From NCBI GenBank assembly GCA_965214405.1, contig OZ243956.1:3168001-3232000 (forward strand): a stretch of 64,000 bases of DNA. Direction: 5' to 3'. Shown here one piece after another: positions 9,616-22,151 of this stretch. The notes below the pieces were generated by a model. The model was not told where the DNA came from. It made no database searches and saw nothing but the letters and a program-made list of their open reading frames with translations. Both the position numbers and the translations under genes were made by a program. The stretch's first letter is position 1. Each line of letters opens with the position of its first letter. This stretch comes from Trueperaceae bacterium. Its GTDB lineage: Bacteria > Deinococcota > Deinococci > Deinococcales > Trueperaceae.

Positions 9616-10689
9616 GTGAAAGCTCGAGCCTTAGGCGTTCCCTTTAACGGCTCCCCCGGCCCCTTGAACGCCATCACCGACGTGGCGGGCGTCGAGGTAG
9701 GGCACTGCACGTTGATTTCGGGAGAGGGCGGGCTCGAGGTAGGCAAGGGTCCGGTGCGAACCGGCGTCACCGCCATCCTGCCGCGCGGCAAGGTCTACGA
9801 CCCCTGCTTCGCGGGCTGGTACGCGCTCAACGGCAACGGGGAGATGACGGGGACGACGTGGCTCGAGGAGTCGGGCTTCTTGGAAGGCCCGGTCATGCTC
9901 ACCAACACCCACAGTGTGGGCGCGGTGCGCGACGCGGTGGTGAAGTGGCAGCATCAGCGGGGCTTGTTCGACCCCTTTTACGAGGAGCTGTTTTTTTTGC
10001 TTCCTGTGGTCGCCGAGACTTATGATGGTGTGCTAAACGATATCAACGGTTTCCATGTGAAGGAAACGCACGTATTTGAAGCGTTAGAGGGGGCTTCGGG
10101 TGGCCCCATTGCCGAGGGCAACGTGGGCGGCGGGACGGGCATGATTTGCCACGGGTTCAAAGGCGGGATTGGGACAAGCTCGAGACTTACAGGAGACTAC
10201 ACCGTCGGCGTCTTGGTGCAAGCCAACTACGGTCTCAAAAGTCAACTCACCATCGCGGGCGTGCCTGTGGGGCGGGAGATTGGGGAGCTCGAGCAGCGTG
10301 GACCTGAAAACGGCTCCATCATCGCCGTCGTCGCCACCGACGCGCCGCTGCTGCCGCACCAGTTGAAACGCCTGGCGCGGCGCGCACCCTTGGGCGTCGC
10401 CCGCATGGGCGGCGTGGGCGGCAACGGCTCGGGCGACATCTTCCTCGCCTTCTCAACACATAACGCGGGCGCGGCGCGGCGTGCGGGTTTAGCCGACGTG
10501 ACGATGCTCCCCAACGACCAAATGGACGGCCTTTTTACCGCGACGGTCGAGGCCACGGAGGAAGCCATCGTCAACGCCCTCACCGCCGCCGAGACGATGA
10601 CGGGGCGGGACGGCGTGACCGTTTACGCGCTCCCGCATGAACGTCTGCGCGAAATTTTGAGGGGGTATGGGCGGCTCGAGACACCTTAA
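9616..10689 (+). CDS. DmpA/P1 (S58) family aminopeptidase
   Basis: NAITDVAGVEVGH, EGNVGGGTGM, G-SII autoprocessing site, GSGDIF. Confidence 0.92.
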   Translation: MKARALGVPFNGSPGPLNAITDVAGVEVGHCTLISGEGGLEVGKGPVRTGVTAILPRGKVYDPCFAGWYALNGNGEMTGTTWLEESGFLEGPVMLTNTHSVGAVRDAVVKWQHQRGLFDPFYEELFFLLPVVAETYDGVLNDINGFHVKETHVFEALEGASGGPIAEGNVGGGTGMICHGFKGGIGTSSRLTGDYTVGVLVQANYGLKSQLTIAGVPVGREIGELEQRGPENGSIIAVVATDAPLLPHQLKRLARRAPLGVARMGGVGGNGSGDIFLAFSTHNAGAARRAGLADVTMLPNDQMDGLFTATVEATEEAIVNALTAAETMTGRDGVTVYALPHERLREILRGYGRLETP

Positions 10690-10799
10690 AGATTCGCACA
10701 CACCACGCACCTCACAAACGGGCTAAATACCGGCGTGTGCTAAAATGTCCCATGTTGCTACCTTTAACTTTTGCTTTGACGTGTTCATGGTGAGGATTC

Positions 10800-12209
10800 A
10801 TGGACGCTTTTGAGTTGACCTTGAACGGCAGCGTAGAGCGCGTGACGGGCGTGCCCCCTACGGTGACGCTGCTCGAGTACCTCCGCCACACCGGACGCGT
10901 CGGCACCAAAGAGGGCTGCGCCGAGGGTGATTGCGGCGCTTGCACCGTGGCGGTAGTGGGGGAGAATGCGGACGGGAAAGCGTGCTATCAGGCGGTGGAT
11001 TCTTGCATCGCCCCTCTCGCCGCCTTTGCCGGGCGCGAGGTGGTGACGGTTGAGGGTTTGGCCTCAGACTCAAAAACGCTCCACCCCGTTCAGGAGGCGA
11101 TGGTCAGGACCGGCGGCTCGCAGTGCGGCTACTGCACGCCGGGTTTTGTGATGAGCCTCTTCGCCGCCTACTACGGCGGTCACGCGGGTGACGGTGCGGT
11201 AGAGGGCAATCTCTGCCGCTGCACGGGTTACCTGCCCATCCGGCGGGCGGCGCGGTCACTGCCCCAGCCTCAACCGGATGACCCGTTCTTGACGGCGTTG
11301 GAGGGGGCTCGAGCCTCTGACGCCTCACGTTCTTATGCGTTTAACGGTCAGTATTTTTTTCTCCCTGTGACTTTAGAAGAGGTTTTCGACCTGCTTGCCA
11401 AGCATCCCGAAGCCGTCCTCATCGCAGGCGCGACGGATTTGGGCGTCGAAATTAACAAATTCCACCGTCAGCCGCGGGTGATGGTGTCGCTCGAGCACGT
11501 CGCAGAACTAAAAAGGGTAGAAAACACCCCCGCCTATGTAGAAGTCGGCGCGGCGGTGCCACTAACGCTACTGGAGGAGGGGCTGCGCGGCCTCTTCCTG
11601 GCTTTGGACGAAATGCTCCGCTGGTTCGCCGCGCGGCAGATTCGCAACCGGGCAACCTTGGGAGGCAACCTCGCCACGGCCTCGCCTATTGGCGATTTGC
11701 CCCCGGTGCTGATGGCCTTGGATGCTGAGTTGCGGCTCGAGAGCGCAGCAGGGGGACGGTGGGTGAGTGTCTCGAGCTTTTTCAAGGACTACCGTAAAAC
11801 CGACTTGAGACCGGGCGAAGTCATCAGAAGCGTCCGCATCCCCAAGAATTTGCCCGCGGGCGCAGCGCGGCGGCTTAGCCAGGCTTACAAAGTCGGCAAG
11901 CGCGGCACCGACGACATCAGCATCGTGGCGGCGGCGTTCGTGGTGGATTTGGATAGTAACGAGCGGGTGGTGAGCGCGCGGTTGGCTTACGGCGGCGTGG
12001 CGGCGACGCCTGTGCGGGCGCTGGAGGTTGAGAAGCGTCTTGTGGGCAAGGCCTGGAACGTGGAGACGGTGCACGGGGTGAAGAGGGAGTTAGGGCGCGC
12101 CTTCACCCCCATCAGCGACCTCCGCGGCTCGGCGGCGTACCGTCAGAAGCTCGTCGTCAACCTGTTTGAAAAATTCTTCTTTGAGACCGCCCAGGAGGTG
12201 CGCGCATGA
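10800..12209 (+). CDS. xdhA: Xanthine dehydrogenase small subunit (2Fe-2S + FAD)
   Basis: GTKEGCAEGDCGAC, QCGYCTPG, GNLCRCTGY, ASPIGD, DDIS motifs. Confidence 0.95.
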   Translation: MDAFELTLNGSVERVTGVPPTVTLLEYLRHTGRVGTKEGCAEGDCGACTVAVVGENADGKACYQAVDSCIAPLAAFAGREVVTVEGLASDSKTLHPVQEAMVRTGGSQCGYCTPGFVMSLFAAYYGGHAGDGAVEGNLCRCTGYLPIRRAARSLPQPQPDDPFLTALEGARASDASRSYAFNGQYFFLPVTLEEVFDLLAKHPEAVLIAGATDLGVEINKFHRQPRVMVSLEHVAELKRVENTPAYVEVGAAVPLTLLEEGLRGLFLALDEMLRWFAARQIRNRATLGGNLATASPIGDLPPVLMALDAELRLESAAGGRWVSVSSFFKDYRKTDLRPGEVIRSVRIPKNLPAGAARRLSQAYKVGKRGTDDISIVAAAFVVDLDSNERVVSARLAYGGVAATPVRALEVEKRLVGKAWNVETVHGVKRELGRAFTPISDLRGSAAYRQKLVVNLFEKFFFETAQEVRA

Positions 12210-14530
12210 GTAAAGCCAGAAGCCACGAGAGCGCGGCGGGCCACGTGAGTGGGTCAGCGGTCTACACTGACGACCAGCGCCGCCCTATGGGGATGCTCTC
12301 GGCCCATCCGGTGCTCTCGCCTCATGCGCGGGCGCGCATCACCAAACTCGACGTTTCGGGTGCTGGTAAGCTTCCCGGCGTCGTCACCACGCTGACGGCT
12401 GAGGACGTGCCGGGCAAGAACGACTCGAGCGCCCACAAAGGCGATGAACCTCTCTTGCCCGCTGACGAGGTTTTCTACTGGGGCCAGCCCGTCGCGTGGG
12501 TGGTGGCTGAGACGGAGGAGGCGGCGCGGCTTGGGGCGGGGGAGGTTGTCGTTGAGTATGAGGCGCTCGAACCCCTCCTAAGTATTGAAGAAGCCATCGA
12601 GACTGGCGCTTTCCACGGCGAGGCGCAGATCATCCGGCGCGGCGACCCGCAGGAAGCCATCAAAGGGGCGGAGAAGAGGCTTGAGGGCGAGCTATTTATC
12701 AACGGCCAAGACCATTTTTACTTAGAAACCCAAACAAGCTGGGCGCTCCCCGACGCCGAGGGCAACATGCAGGTCTACGCCTCGACGCAGCACCCAACCG
12801 AGACGCAAGGGGTCGTCGCTCACGTGCTGGGCGTCCCCAACAGCCGCGTCGTCGTGACCTGCTTACGGATGGGCGGCGGCTTCGGCGGCAAGGAGTCGCA
12901 GGCGAACCCGTGGGCGGCGGTGGCGGCCTTGGCCGCGTTTAAGGCCGGGCGACCCGTGCGCGTGCGGCTCGAGCGTGACCAGGACATGGTCATGACGGGC
13001 AAGCGGCACCCCTTCTTGGGGCGCTACCGGGTGGGCTTTACGCGGGAGGGGGTGTTGGGGGGGCTCGAGGTCTCCCTCACCAGCGACGGCGGCTGGAGCA
13101 GCGATTTGTCCTTGCCCGTCATGGGCCGCGCGATGTTTCACATCGACAACTGCTACTTTGTGCCGCATTTGGAAGTTGTGGGCCGCGTCGCCAAAACGAA
13201 CAAAACCTCCCAGACGGCCTTTCGTGGCTTCGGCGGACCCCAGGGGATGCTGGTTATTGAGGAGATTATGGACCGCGTCGCCCGCACGCTGGGCTTACCG
13301 CCCGAGAAGGTGCGTGAGCGTAATTTCTATCGCGGGGCGGGTGAGACCAACACCACCCACTACGGCCAAGGAATTGTCGACAACCGCATCCAGCGCGTGT
13401 GGGACGAGGTGCGGGCGAACGCGGAGGTTGAGGGGCGGCGCGAAGAGGTGGCGCGCTTCAACGCCGCCGACCCCCACAAAAAGCGCGGTTTAGCCCTCAC
13501 GCCCGTCAAGTTTGGCATCTCGTTTACCAACACGCCGATGAACCAGGCGGGGGCGCTCCTGCTCATCTATTTGGACGGCAGCATTCAGCTCAACCACGGC
13601 GGCACCGAGATGGGGCAGGGGCTCCATACAAAAATGCTGGCGGTGGCTGCGCGCTCGCTTGGCGTGTCCGCGGCGCGCTTCCGGCAGATGCCCACCGCCA
13701 CCGACAAAGTGCCCAACACCTCGCCGACGGCGGCGAGTAGCGGCTCGGACCTTAACGGCGGGGCGGTCAAGAACGCGTGTGAGACGTTGAAGGGGCGTCT
13801 GGCCGGGGTGGCCGCGAAAATGCTGGGGCTCAACGGACCCGAGGAACTGGTTTTTGAAGACGACTGGGTTTTTTCTCCTGGTGCGCCGGGGGAGCGAATT
13901 TCATTCGAGGCGGTGGTGAAGCGGGCGTACATTGAGCAAATCTCGCTCTCCGCCACGGGCTACTACCGCACGCCCAACCTCCACTATGATTTGGAAAAGG
14001 GACGAGGCCGCCCCTTCCACTACTACGCCTTTGGCGCGGCGGTGAGCGAGGTCGAGGTAGACGGCTTTACGGGCGCGTTTAAGCTCAAGCGGGTGGACAT
14101 CGTTCACGACGTGGGCGAGTCGCTAAACCCGCTCGTAGACCAGGGTCAAATCGAGGGCGGTTTTGTGCAAGGGCTAGGCTGGCTGACGATGGAGGAGCCC
14201 CTTTGGGACGAGGCGGGGCGTTTCGTGACGAGCGCGCCCTCCACCTACAAAATCCCCACCATTAGCGAAGTGCCTGAGGCGTTTTACGTGAGCCTTTTGG
14301 AGCGCGCCGCACAAGGGAGCGTCGTCTACGGCTCCAAGGCGGTGGGCGAGCCGCCATTTATGCTGGCGCTGTCGGTGCGCGAGGCCGTCCGCGACGCGGT
14401 GGCGGCGTTCGGCAGTGGGGGTGGGGGCGAGGTGCCGCTCGCTTCGCCCGCCACGCCGGAGGCGACGCTTCGGGCGATAGAAAACGTTAGAGAAGCTGCT
14501 GAGATCAAAACACTTGTGCCGGGAGATTAG
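12206..14530 (+). CDS. xdhB: Xanthine dehydrogenase molybdopterin subunit
   Basis: MGGGFGGKE, AFRGFGGPQG, GGTEMGQG, SKAVGEPP motifs. Confidence 0.96.
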   Translation: MSKARSHESAAGHVSGSAVYTDDQRRPMGMLSAHPVLSPHARARITKLDVSGAGKLPGVVTTLTAEDVPGKNDSSAHKGDEPLLPADEVFYWGQPVAWVVAETEEAARLGAGEVVVEYEALEPLLSIEEAIETGAFHGEAQIIRRGDPQEAIKGAEKRLEGELFINGQDHFYLETQTSWALPDAEGNMQVYASTQHPTETQGVVAHVLGVPNSRVVVTCLRMGGGFGGKESQANPWAAVAALAAFKAGRPVRVRLERDQDMVMTGKRHPFLGRYRVGFTREGVLGGLEVSLTSDGGWSSDLSLPVMGRAMFHIDNCYFVPHLEVVGRVAKTNKTSQTAFRGFGGPQGMLVIEEIMDRVARTLGLPPEKVRERNFYRGAGETNTTHYGQGIVDNRIQRVWDEVRANAEVEGRREEVARFNAADPHKKRGLALTPVKFGISFTNTPMNQAGALLLIYLDGSIQLNHGGTEMGQGLHTKMLAVAARSLGVSAARFRQMPTATDKVPNTSPTAASSGSDLNGGAVKNACETLKGRLAGVAAKMLGLNGPEELVFEDDWVFSPGAPGERISFEAVVKRAYIEQISLSATGYYRTPNLHYDLEKGRGRPFHYYAFGAAVSEVEVDGFTGAFKLKRVDIVHDVGESLNPLVDQGQIEGGFVQGLGWLTMEEPLWDEAGRFVTSAPSTYKIPTISEVPEAFYVSLLERAAQGSVVYGSKAVGEPPFMLALSVREAVRDAVAAFGSGGGGEVPLASPATPEATLRAIENVREAAEIKTLVPGD

Positions 14531-14554
14531 CCTTTCCCGGTTAGGATAGGGCGT

Positions 14555-15211
14555 ATGGACGTAACTGTAGAAAAACTGCTCGAGTCCCCCTCTTTAGTCC
14601 TCTACCTGCAGAGGCTCGAGGAGGTGCTGGCGCGCGAGCGGGGGGCGCGCGAGCGTTTTTATGAAGAGATGACCGAGGGCGACAAGGTCGAATTTATCAA
14701 CGGCGAGGTCATTGTGCATTCACCCGTTAAAAAGCGCCATAGCGACTGTGTCGGCAGGTTACTCACCTTACTTAGAAGTTACGTTCTACAAAAAGGTTTG
14801 GGGTTTGTTGGTTTTGAGAAAATACTCGTCCAGTTCACCCGCAACGATTACGAACCCGACATCTGCTTTTTCGAGCGGGATAAATCACAATCTTTCACTG
14901 GGGAGCAGATGTTTTTTCCGCCTCCGGATTTTGTCGCCGAGGTGCTTTCACCCAGTACGGCAGGGGTTGACCGCAACATCAAGTTTCAGGATTATGCGGC
15001 GCACGGTGTTAAGGAATACTGGATAGTAGACCCCGACAAGGAGGTGCTCGAGCAGTACCTTTTGTCGGGAACTGCGTTTGAGTTGGCGCAAAAGTCTGCG
15101 TCCGGAACCGTTAAGAGTCCGGTCATCAAAGGGTTTGAGGTTCCGGTAAGGGCGATCTTTGATGACAATGAAAACTTGCGTACGCTTCAAAGCCTTTTGC
15201 TAAGTCAGTAG
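14555..15211 (+). CDS. Uma2 family (PD-(D/E)XK) putative endonuclease
   Basis: EFINGEV, EPDI, PDFVAEVLSPST, YAAHGVKEYWIVDP motifs. Confidence 0.9.
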   Translation: MDVTVEKLLESPSLVLYLQRLEEVLARERGARERFYEEMTEGDKVEFINGEVIVHSPVKKRHSDCVGRLLTLLRSYVLQKGLGFVGFEKILVQFTRNDYEPDICFFERDKSQSFTGEQMFFPPPDFVAEVLSPSTAGVDRNIKFQDYAAHGVKEYWIVDPDKEVLEQYLLSGTAFELAQKSASGTVKSPVIKGFEVPVRAIFDDNENLRTLQSLLLSQ

Positions 15212-15212
15212 C

Positions 15213-16013
15213 GTGGTGTGGCTTGACGGTGTCAACCGCTTGAATGAACAGAGGGTTCCCTTTTGCATCGTCACCATCGCTAAGGTGCGCGGTCACGCGC
15301 CGCGCGGGGCGGGGTCTAAAATGCTGGTGACGGCGGGGGAGACGTACGGCAGCGTCGGCGGGGGTAACTTGGAGCAGACTGCGGTAGAGGGGGCTCGAGC
15401 CCTCCTCACTGCTCGATCCAAAGCCCCTGACCTTCTCACTGTGACCTTAAACCCCAAGGGCGGCGACCACGGCGTCCAGTGCTGCGGGGGTGAGGTGACG
15501 TTGCTTTTGGAACCTGTGTACCCTCAAAAGCCGCATGTGGCGATTTTTGGCGCGGGGCATGTGGGCTGGGCGCTAGCGGGGGTGCTGAGTACGCTTCCTG
15601 TAACGGTTCATTTGATTGACTCGAGACCCTTTCAACTTGATGAGACGCGACTTTCTTCCGGAATAGCTGAGGTGAGGCTCGAGCACGCCCCGGTGCCCGA
15701 AACCGCTTTACCCAGCCTCCCTCCCGGCGCGCACATTCTCATTATGACCCACGACCACGCTGAGGACTTGGCCGTCCTTGACTCGGTTTTGCGGCGGGAT
15801 GATTGGGGTTTCGTCGGTCTTATTGGCTCCCAAACCAAGTGGCAGCATTTTCAAGGTGAGCTCAAAAAACAGGGCTTTACGGACGCGGACCTCTCGCGCG
15901 TGACCACGCCCATCGGTCTGCCCGGCGTGCCCGGCAAGAGCCCGCAAGCTATCGCCATCTCGGTAGCGGCGCAGCTTTTGGAGGTTCTGGACTTGCCCGA
16001 CACAAACTTCTGA
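15213..16013 (+). CDS. xdhC: Xanthine dehydrogenase accessory protein
   Basis: GHAPRGAGSKM, GGGNLE, QCCGG, FGAGHVG, MTHDHAED, GLIGS motifs. Confidence 0.94.
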   Translation: MVWLDGVNRLNEQRVPFCIVTIAKVRGHAPRGAGSKMLVTAGETYGSVGGGNLEQTAVEGARALLTARSKAPDLLTVTLNPKGGDHGVQCCGGEVTLLLEPVYPQKPHVAIFGAGHVGWALAGVLSTLPVTVHLIDSRPFQLDETRLSSGIAEVRLEHAPVPETALPSLPPGAHILIMTHDHAEDLAVLDSVLRRDDWGFVGLIGSQTKWQHFQGELKKQGFTDADLSRVTTPIGLPGVPGKSPQAIAISVAAQLLEVLDLPDTNF

Positions 16014-16067
16014 GCACGGCTCAAATGTTAGATTGCTGTAACTCCCATCCCGAAAGGTGCTGATGAC

Positions 16068-17663
16068 ATGGCCTCTTCTCAGAAGACCCAAACACCCCAA
16101 GGCGTAGAAATTCACGCGCCCGTCTCTCCTGAGTTTGAAGAAATTTTGACCCCCGACGCCCTCGAGTTCGTCGCTACTTTGCACCGGAAGTTTAACGGGC
16201 GCAGGCTCGAGCTGCTGGAAAAACGCCGTGAACGTCAAGAGAAATTTGACGCGGGTGAACTGCCCGACTTCCTCCCCGAGACCAAAGACATCCGCGAGGG
16301 GGATTGGCGGGTCGCCCCCACGCCGCCCGACCTCGAGAACCGCCGCGTCGAAATCACCGGCCCGGTGGACCGCAAGATGATGATCAACGCGCTCAACTCG
16401 GGCGCGCAGAGCTTTATGGCCGACTTGGAGGATTCGCTCTCGCCAACCTGGGAAAACGTCGTTGGAGGCCAAATCAACCTGCGCGACGCGGTGCGCCGGA
16501 CGATTCGGCTCGAGGACGCCGCGCGCGGCAAAACGTACGAGTTGGGCGAGCAGACCGCGACGCTGCTCGTGCGACCACGTGGGTGGCATCTGGTTGAGAA
16601 GCACGTGACGGTGGATGGTGAGCCCGTTTCGGCGAGCCTCTTTGACGCGGGGCTCTATCTGTTTCACAACGCGCAAGAACTCTTGAGCCGCGGCTCGGGG
16701 CCGTATTTTTATCTGCCGAAGCTCGAGAACCACTTAGAAGCCCGCTTATGGAACGACGTGTTCAACGAGGCGCAGGATGCGCTGCAAATCCCGCGCGGCA
16801 GCGTCCGGGTCACCGTCCTCATCGAGACCATCACCGCTGCTTTCGAGATGGACGAAATTCTTTATGAACTCCGCGACCACATGGCGGGCCTCAACGCGGG
16901 CCGCTGGGACTATATTTTTAGCATGATTAAAAAGTTCCGCAACCGCCAAGACATGCTCCTGCCCGACCGCGCCCAGGTCACCATGACCGTGCCCTTCATG
17001 CGCGCCTACGCCGAGTTGTTGGCAAGGACTTGCCATAAGCGCGGCGCGCACGCCGTGGGCGGGATGGCCGCTTTTATCCCGAGCCGCCGCGACGAGGAGG
17101 TCAACAAGCGCGCTTTTAGAAGCGTGGCTGAAGACAAAAAGCGTGAAGCCACACAGGGCTACGACGGCACCTGGGTCGCTCATCCTGACCTCGTGCGGAT
17201 TGCCGAGGATGCTTTCGACGAGGTGCTGGGAGACGCGCCCAATCAGAAGAGTAAGGTGCCCGACGTCCAGGTGAGCACCGCCGACCTTCTCAACATGGAG
17301 GTAGAGGGCGGAGCCATCACCGAGGCAGGATTCCACCTGAACGTGGACGTGGCTTTGCAGTATCTTAACGCCTGGCTCTCCGGCAACGGTGCCGCCGCAA
17401 TTTACAACCTCATGGAAGACGCCGCCACCGCCGAAATCAGCCGGGCACAGCTTTGGCAGTGGATACAGAACGGGGCCGAATTGGAGGGGGGACGCACCGC
17501 CAGCAAGGAGCTTTATAAAGAGGTTCGTCAGGGAGAACTCGAGCGCCTAAAAAACGAGCTGGGCGAGCACCGTTTTGACGAAGCGGCGGAGATTTTAGAC
17601 GAGTTGGTGCTGAATGACGAGTTCACAGCGTTCTTGACGTTGCGGGCGTACGAGTATCTGTAG
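16068..17663 (+). CDS. aceB: Malate synthase A
   Basis: [42 protein letters not shown] motifs. Confidence 0.96.
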   Translation: MASSQKTQTPQGVEIHAPVSPEFEEILTPDALEFVATLHRKFNGRRLELLEKRRERQEKFDAGELPDFLPETKDIREGDWRVAPTPPDLENRRVEITGPVDRKMMINALNSGAQSFMADLEDSLSPTWENVVGGQINLRDAVRRTIRLEDAARGKTYELGEQTATLLVRPRGWHLVEKHVTVDGEPVSASLFDAGLYLFHNAQELLSRGSGPYFYLPKLENHLEARLWNDVFNEAQDALQIPRGSVRVTVLIETITAAFEMDEILYELRDHMAGLNAGRWDYIFSMIKKFRNRQDMLLPDRAQVTMTVPFMRAYAELLARTCHKRGAHAVGGMAAFIPSRRDEEVNKRAFRSVAEDKKREATQGYDGTWVAHPDLVRIAEDAFDEVLGDAPNQKSKVPDVQVSTADLLNMEVEGGAITEAGFHLNVDVALQYLNAWLSGNGAAAIYNLMEDAATAEISRAQLWQWIQNGAELEGGRTASKELYKEVRQGELERLKNELGEHRFDEAAEILDELVLNDEFTAFLTLRAYEYL

Positions 17664-17742
17664 GCGGTGTATGCGTCTTGGCCGCTGAACGAGGTGGGTG
17701 TGGCTACTCAAAATTGGGGCTGGATTCAAGTTGCGCCGAGTG

Positions 17743-17771
17743 TTGACACTCCCAAAAGGGCGTGCTAGGCT
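17743..17771 (+). promoter_or_regulatory. Sigma70 promoter of the tRNA-tuf operon
   Basis: TTGACA, 17-bp spacer, TG-extended TAGGCT. Confidence 0.7.
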
Positions 17772-17833
17772 AGCAAGCCGGGCATCATTCGTGGTGTCCT
17801 CATGCCTCACGGGGCAGCCTCACGGATGTGAAC

Positions 17834-17909
<76 letters not shown>

Positions 17910-17915
17910 AAGAAT

Positions 17916-18000
17916 TTAGAGGTATTATCTCTGATTCACTTAGAGATGTTGGCGCTAAATTTGAAGGTTAGAGGTATCATCTGTAATTCATTTACAGATG
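17916..18000 (+). repeat. Two 33-bp hairpin-forming direct repeats in the tRNA-Thr/tRNA-Tyr spacer
   Basis: 17916-17948 and 17968-18000 are 28/33 identical; a related copy lies at ~18309-18340. Confidence 0.85.
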
Positions 18001-18021
18001 GGCCTCGAGAGAAGGGCGCGT

Positions 18022-18106
18022 GGGTCGGTGCCCGAGTGGTTAAAGGGGACGGACTGTAAATCCGTTGGCTTCGCCTACGATGGTTCAAATCCATCCCGGC
18101 CCACCA
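18022..18106 (+). tRNA. tRNA-Tyr (GTA)
   Basis: Class II cloverleaf, anticodon loop CTGTAAA, long variable arm, CCA end. Confidence 0.95.
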
Positions 18107-18227
18107 ATCTTGAGTTTTGTTCGCACCGGAGAACGTGAGTTGGATGGTGTGGGGGAGGCTCGAGGTTAAAAAGGTATCAGTAAGGTGCTCAGGAGAAGCT
18201 GAGATTTTTAAGGATGATGTCTTCCGT

Positions 18228-18303
<76 letters not shown>

Positions 18304-18376
18304 AAGTTTTTGAGATCTTATCTCTAGTTCGCTTAGAGAATTGGCTCGAGAGCTTAAAAGAAAGTAGTTTTGGCAG

Positions 18377-18451
<75 letters not shown>

Positions 18452-18545
18452 AAGAGGAATCTAAACCGAGCATGGTCAGACTCGTCAGCGGCGAGCTGAC
18501 CTGCTTCGGCTGCAAGGAAGCGAAGAGAGGAAAGGATTTGTAGTC

Positions 18546-19763
<1,218 letters not shown>

Positions 19764-19774
19764 GTAATACTTTT

Positions 19775-19810
19775 GTGAGGTGTGGGGTTCTTGACTCTGC
19801 GCCTCACTTT
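19775..19810 (+). terminator. Hairpin/terminator after tuf
   Basis: GTGAGGTGTGGGGT/ACTCTGCGCCTCAC stem flanked by T-runs. Confidence 0.55.
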
Positions 19811-19877
19811 AGATAGTTGTTGACATGGATTCGGGGCTGGTAAAGATATACAAGCCTCACCAGTTAGGGAGAAGACC

Positions 19878-20042
19878 GTGGCAAGCGACGTAAGAATCAT
19901 CCTTCAGCTCGAGTGTACCGAGTGCAAGCGCCGCAACTACACGACGCAAAAAAACCGGCGCAACACGCAGCCCAAGATTGAGCTGCGCAAATACTGCCCC
20001 TGGGATCGCAAGCACACCAAGCACCGAGAGGTCAAGGTCTAA
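19878..20042 (+). CDS. rpmG: 50S ribosomal protein L33 (not in ORF track)
   Basis: Manual translation [54 protein letters not shown]. Confidence 0.96.
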   Translation: MASDVRIILQLECTECKRRNYTTQKNRRNTQPKIELRKYCPWDRKHTKHREVKV

Positions 20043-20222
20043 GTGAAAGGCATTTTGCAGTATCTGCGCAACTCTCGAGCCGAACTCAGGCGCGTCACCT
20101 GGCCCACCCGTGACGAAGTAATTCAGTCCACCCAAGCGACGCTCGTATTCGTGCTGCTCACCGCGCTCTTCCTGATTATCGTGGACGGCGTGTTTGGCAA
20201 CCTTTTGGGTCTCATCACCTAA
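20043..20222 (+). CDS. secE: Preprotein translocase subunit SecE (not in ORF track)
   Basis: MKGILQYLRNSRAELRRVTWPTRDEV followed by one TM helix; lies between rpmG and nusG. Confidence 0.95.
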   Translation: MKGILQYLRNSRAELRRVTWPTRDEVIQSTQATLVFVLLTALFLIIVDGVFGNLLGLIT

Positions 20223-20370
20223 CGCTTTTTAAGGGTTACGTGAGTGCTCGAGGAGAACTCCGCTGTAATCTGAGTGGGCCTCAGAGGGCGAGTTTCGGGT
20301 GAAACTGGATTATGGTAAAGATGAGTAGCAAAGCAACACATCAAGCAGTAGAAGGGAGGATGGTTCGCAC

Positions 20371-20928
20371 GTGAGTATCGAGTGGTACGCGGTTCATACC
20401 TATGTGGGTCATGAAGAGCGTGTTCGTGAGAACTTGATGCAGCGCGCCAGGTCCCTGGGTATCGCTGACAATATCTATCAGGTGGTGCTGCCCAACGAAG
20501 AAACAGTCGAGCACCGAGACGGCGGCAAAAAAGAGGTCGTCAAGCGCAAAATCTTTCCGGGTTATGTGTTCGTGCAGATGGATATGGGTGACAATCCCGA
20601 TGAGCCGAATGAGGCTTGGGAGGTCGTGCGTAATACCCCTGGCGTTACCGGCTTTGTTGGGACGGCCACGAGAGCCGTTCCCTTATCGCGCGAGGAAGAG
20701 GCGCGGATGCTCAGCACCTTGGGTATCACGGGTTCTAAAGAGAAGCCCCGGCTCAGGATTTCTTTTAACGTCGGGGACATGGTACAAGTGACCGCCGGAC
20801 CCTTCTCGGACTTTACCGGCGTGGTATCCGACTTAGATTCGGACAAGGGTAAGGTCAAGGTGCTTGTGTCCATCTTTGGACGCGAAACGCCTGTAGAGTT
20901 GGATTTTTCGCAAGTCGTCAAGACGTAG
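20371..20928 (+). CDS. nusG: Transcription termination/antitermination factor NusG
   Basis: [38 protein letters not shown] motifs. Confidence 0.97.
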   Translation: MSIEWYAVHTYVGHEERVRENLMQRARSLGIADNIYQVVLPNEETVEHRDGGKKEVVKRKIFPGYVFVQMDMGDNPDEPNEAWEVVRNTPGVTGFVGTATRAVPLSREEEARMLSTLGITGSKEKPRLRISFNVGDMVQVTAGPFSDFTGVVSDLDSDKGKVKVLVSIFGRETPVELDFSQVVKT

Positions 20929-21034
20929 TTTAGGAGAGGCTTAGGGAGACTTCAAGTCTCACAAAGCCTCACATCAAGCGTTTGGACCCCTTTTAGTAAT
21001 TTAGCAACACCTGGGGGAGCTTTAGGAGAAGAGT

Positions 21035-21475
21035 ATGGCAAAGAAAGTTGTCGGCATCGTTAAGCTTCAGCTACCCGCGGGGAGCGCGACACCCGCGCCG
21101 CCCGTTGGGCCTGCGCTGGGGCAGTACGGGGCCAATATCATGGGATTTGTCAAGGAATATAACGCGGCGACCGCGTCGCAGGCGGGGGCCATCGTCCCGG
21201 TTGAAATCACCATTTTTGCGGACCGTTCCTTCACCTTTATTACCAAAACGCCGCCCGCGAGTTACCTGATTCGCAAGGCTGCGGGTATCCCTAAGGGATC
21301 CGGGGTTCCCAACAAAGAAAAAGTCGGCAAGCTTAATTGGGAGCAGTGTCTGGAACTCGGCAAAACGAAGCTCGCCGACCTTAATGCCACTGACGAGGTG
21401 GCCGCTGCCAAAATCATCGCGGGTACGGCGCGCTCGATGGGTGTGACCGTCGAGGGGGTGCCGAGCGATGCCTAA
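21035..21475 (+). CDS. rplK: 50S ribosomal protein L11
   Basis: [20 protein letters not shown] motifs. Confidence 0.98.
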   Translation: MAKKVVGIVKLQLPAGSATPAPPVGPALGQYGANIMGFVKEYNAATASQAGAIVPVEITIFADRSFTFITKTPPASYLIRKAAGIPKGSGVPNKEKVGKLNWEQCLELGKTKLADLNATDEVAAAKIIAGTARSMGVTVEGVPSDA

Positions 21476-22151
21476 GCACGGAAAACGTTACCGCGTCCTC
21501 ACGGATAAGGTGGACGCGAACGGAAGCTATGCACTTCAGGAGGCGGCGGCGCTCGTGAAAGAGCTTGCGACCGCCAAATTTGACGAGACGGTCGAAGTGC
21601 ATGTGCGTTTGGGTATCGACCCGCGCAAATCCGACCAGACGGTGCGCGGCACCGTCGCGCTGCCCCACGGCACCGGGCGCTCAGTCCGCGTGTTGGCGCT
21701 CACTCAGGGTGACAGTATAGGGACCGCTCAAGAGGCGGGGGCCGACTTCGTCGGGGGTGACGACATGATCTCCCGTATTCAAGAGGGTTGGCTCGACTTT
21801 GACGCGGTGGTGGCGACGCCGGACATGATGGCGTCGGTCGGTAGCAAGCTGGGCCGCGTGCTTGGTCCGCGTGGACTTTTGCCCAACCCGAAGTCGGGCA
21901 CGGTAGGCCCCAACATCGGTGAGATGGTGCGCGCGCTCAAAGCGGGCCGCATCGAGTTTCGTAACGACAAAACGGGCGTGGTTCACGCGCCTATCGGTAA
22001 AGCGAGCTTTGAGGCGGACAAGTTAGCGGAGAACTTCGCGGCGTTTCGCACCGCGCTCGAGTCCTCCCGCCCCGACACCGCCAAGGGTGTCTTCCTCCGC
22101 ACCGTCTACCTCACCTCGACAATGGGGCCGAGCGTCCGCGTGTCGGTATAA
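21468..22151 (+). CDS. rplA: 50S ribosomal protein L1
   Basis: [28 protein letters not shown] motifs. Confidence 0.98.
   Translation: MPKHGKRYRVLTDKVDANGSYALQEAAALVKELATAKFDETVEVHVRLGIDPRKSDQTVRGTVALPHGTGRSVRVLALTQGDSIGTAQEAGADFVGGDDMISRIQEGWLDFDAVVATPDMMASVGSKLGRVLGPRGLLPNPKSGTVGPNIGEMVRALKAGRIEFRNDKTGVVHAPIGKASFEADKLAENFAAFRTALESSRPDTAKGVFLRTVYLTSTMGPSVRVSV

Noticed and set aside
17916..18000. Possible mini-CRISPR (33-bp palindromic repeats)
   Set aside because: Only two divergent copies with a 19-nt spacer inside a tRNA operon; no cas genes.
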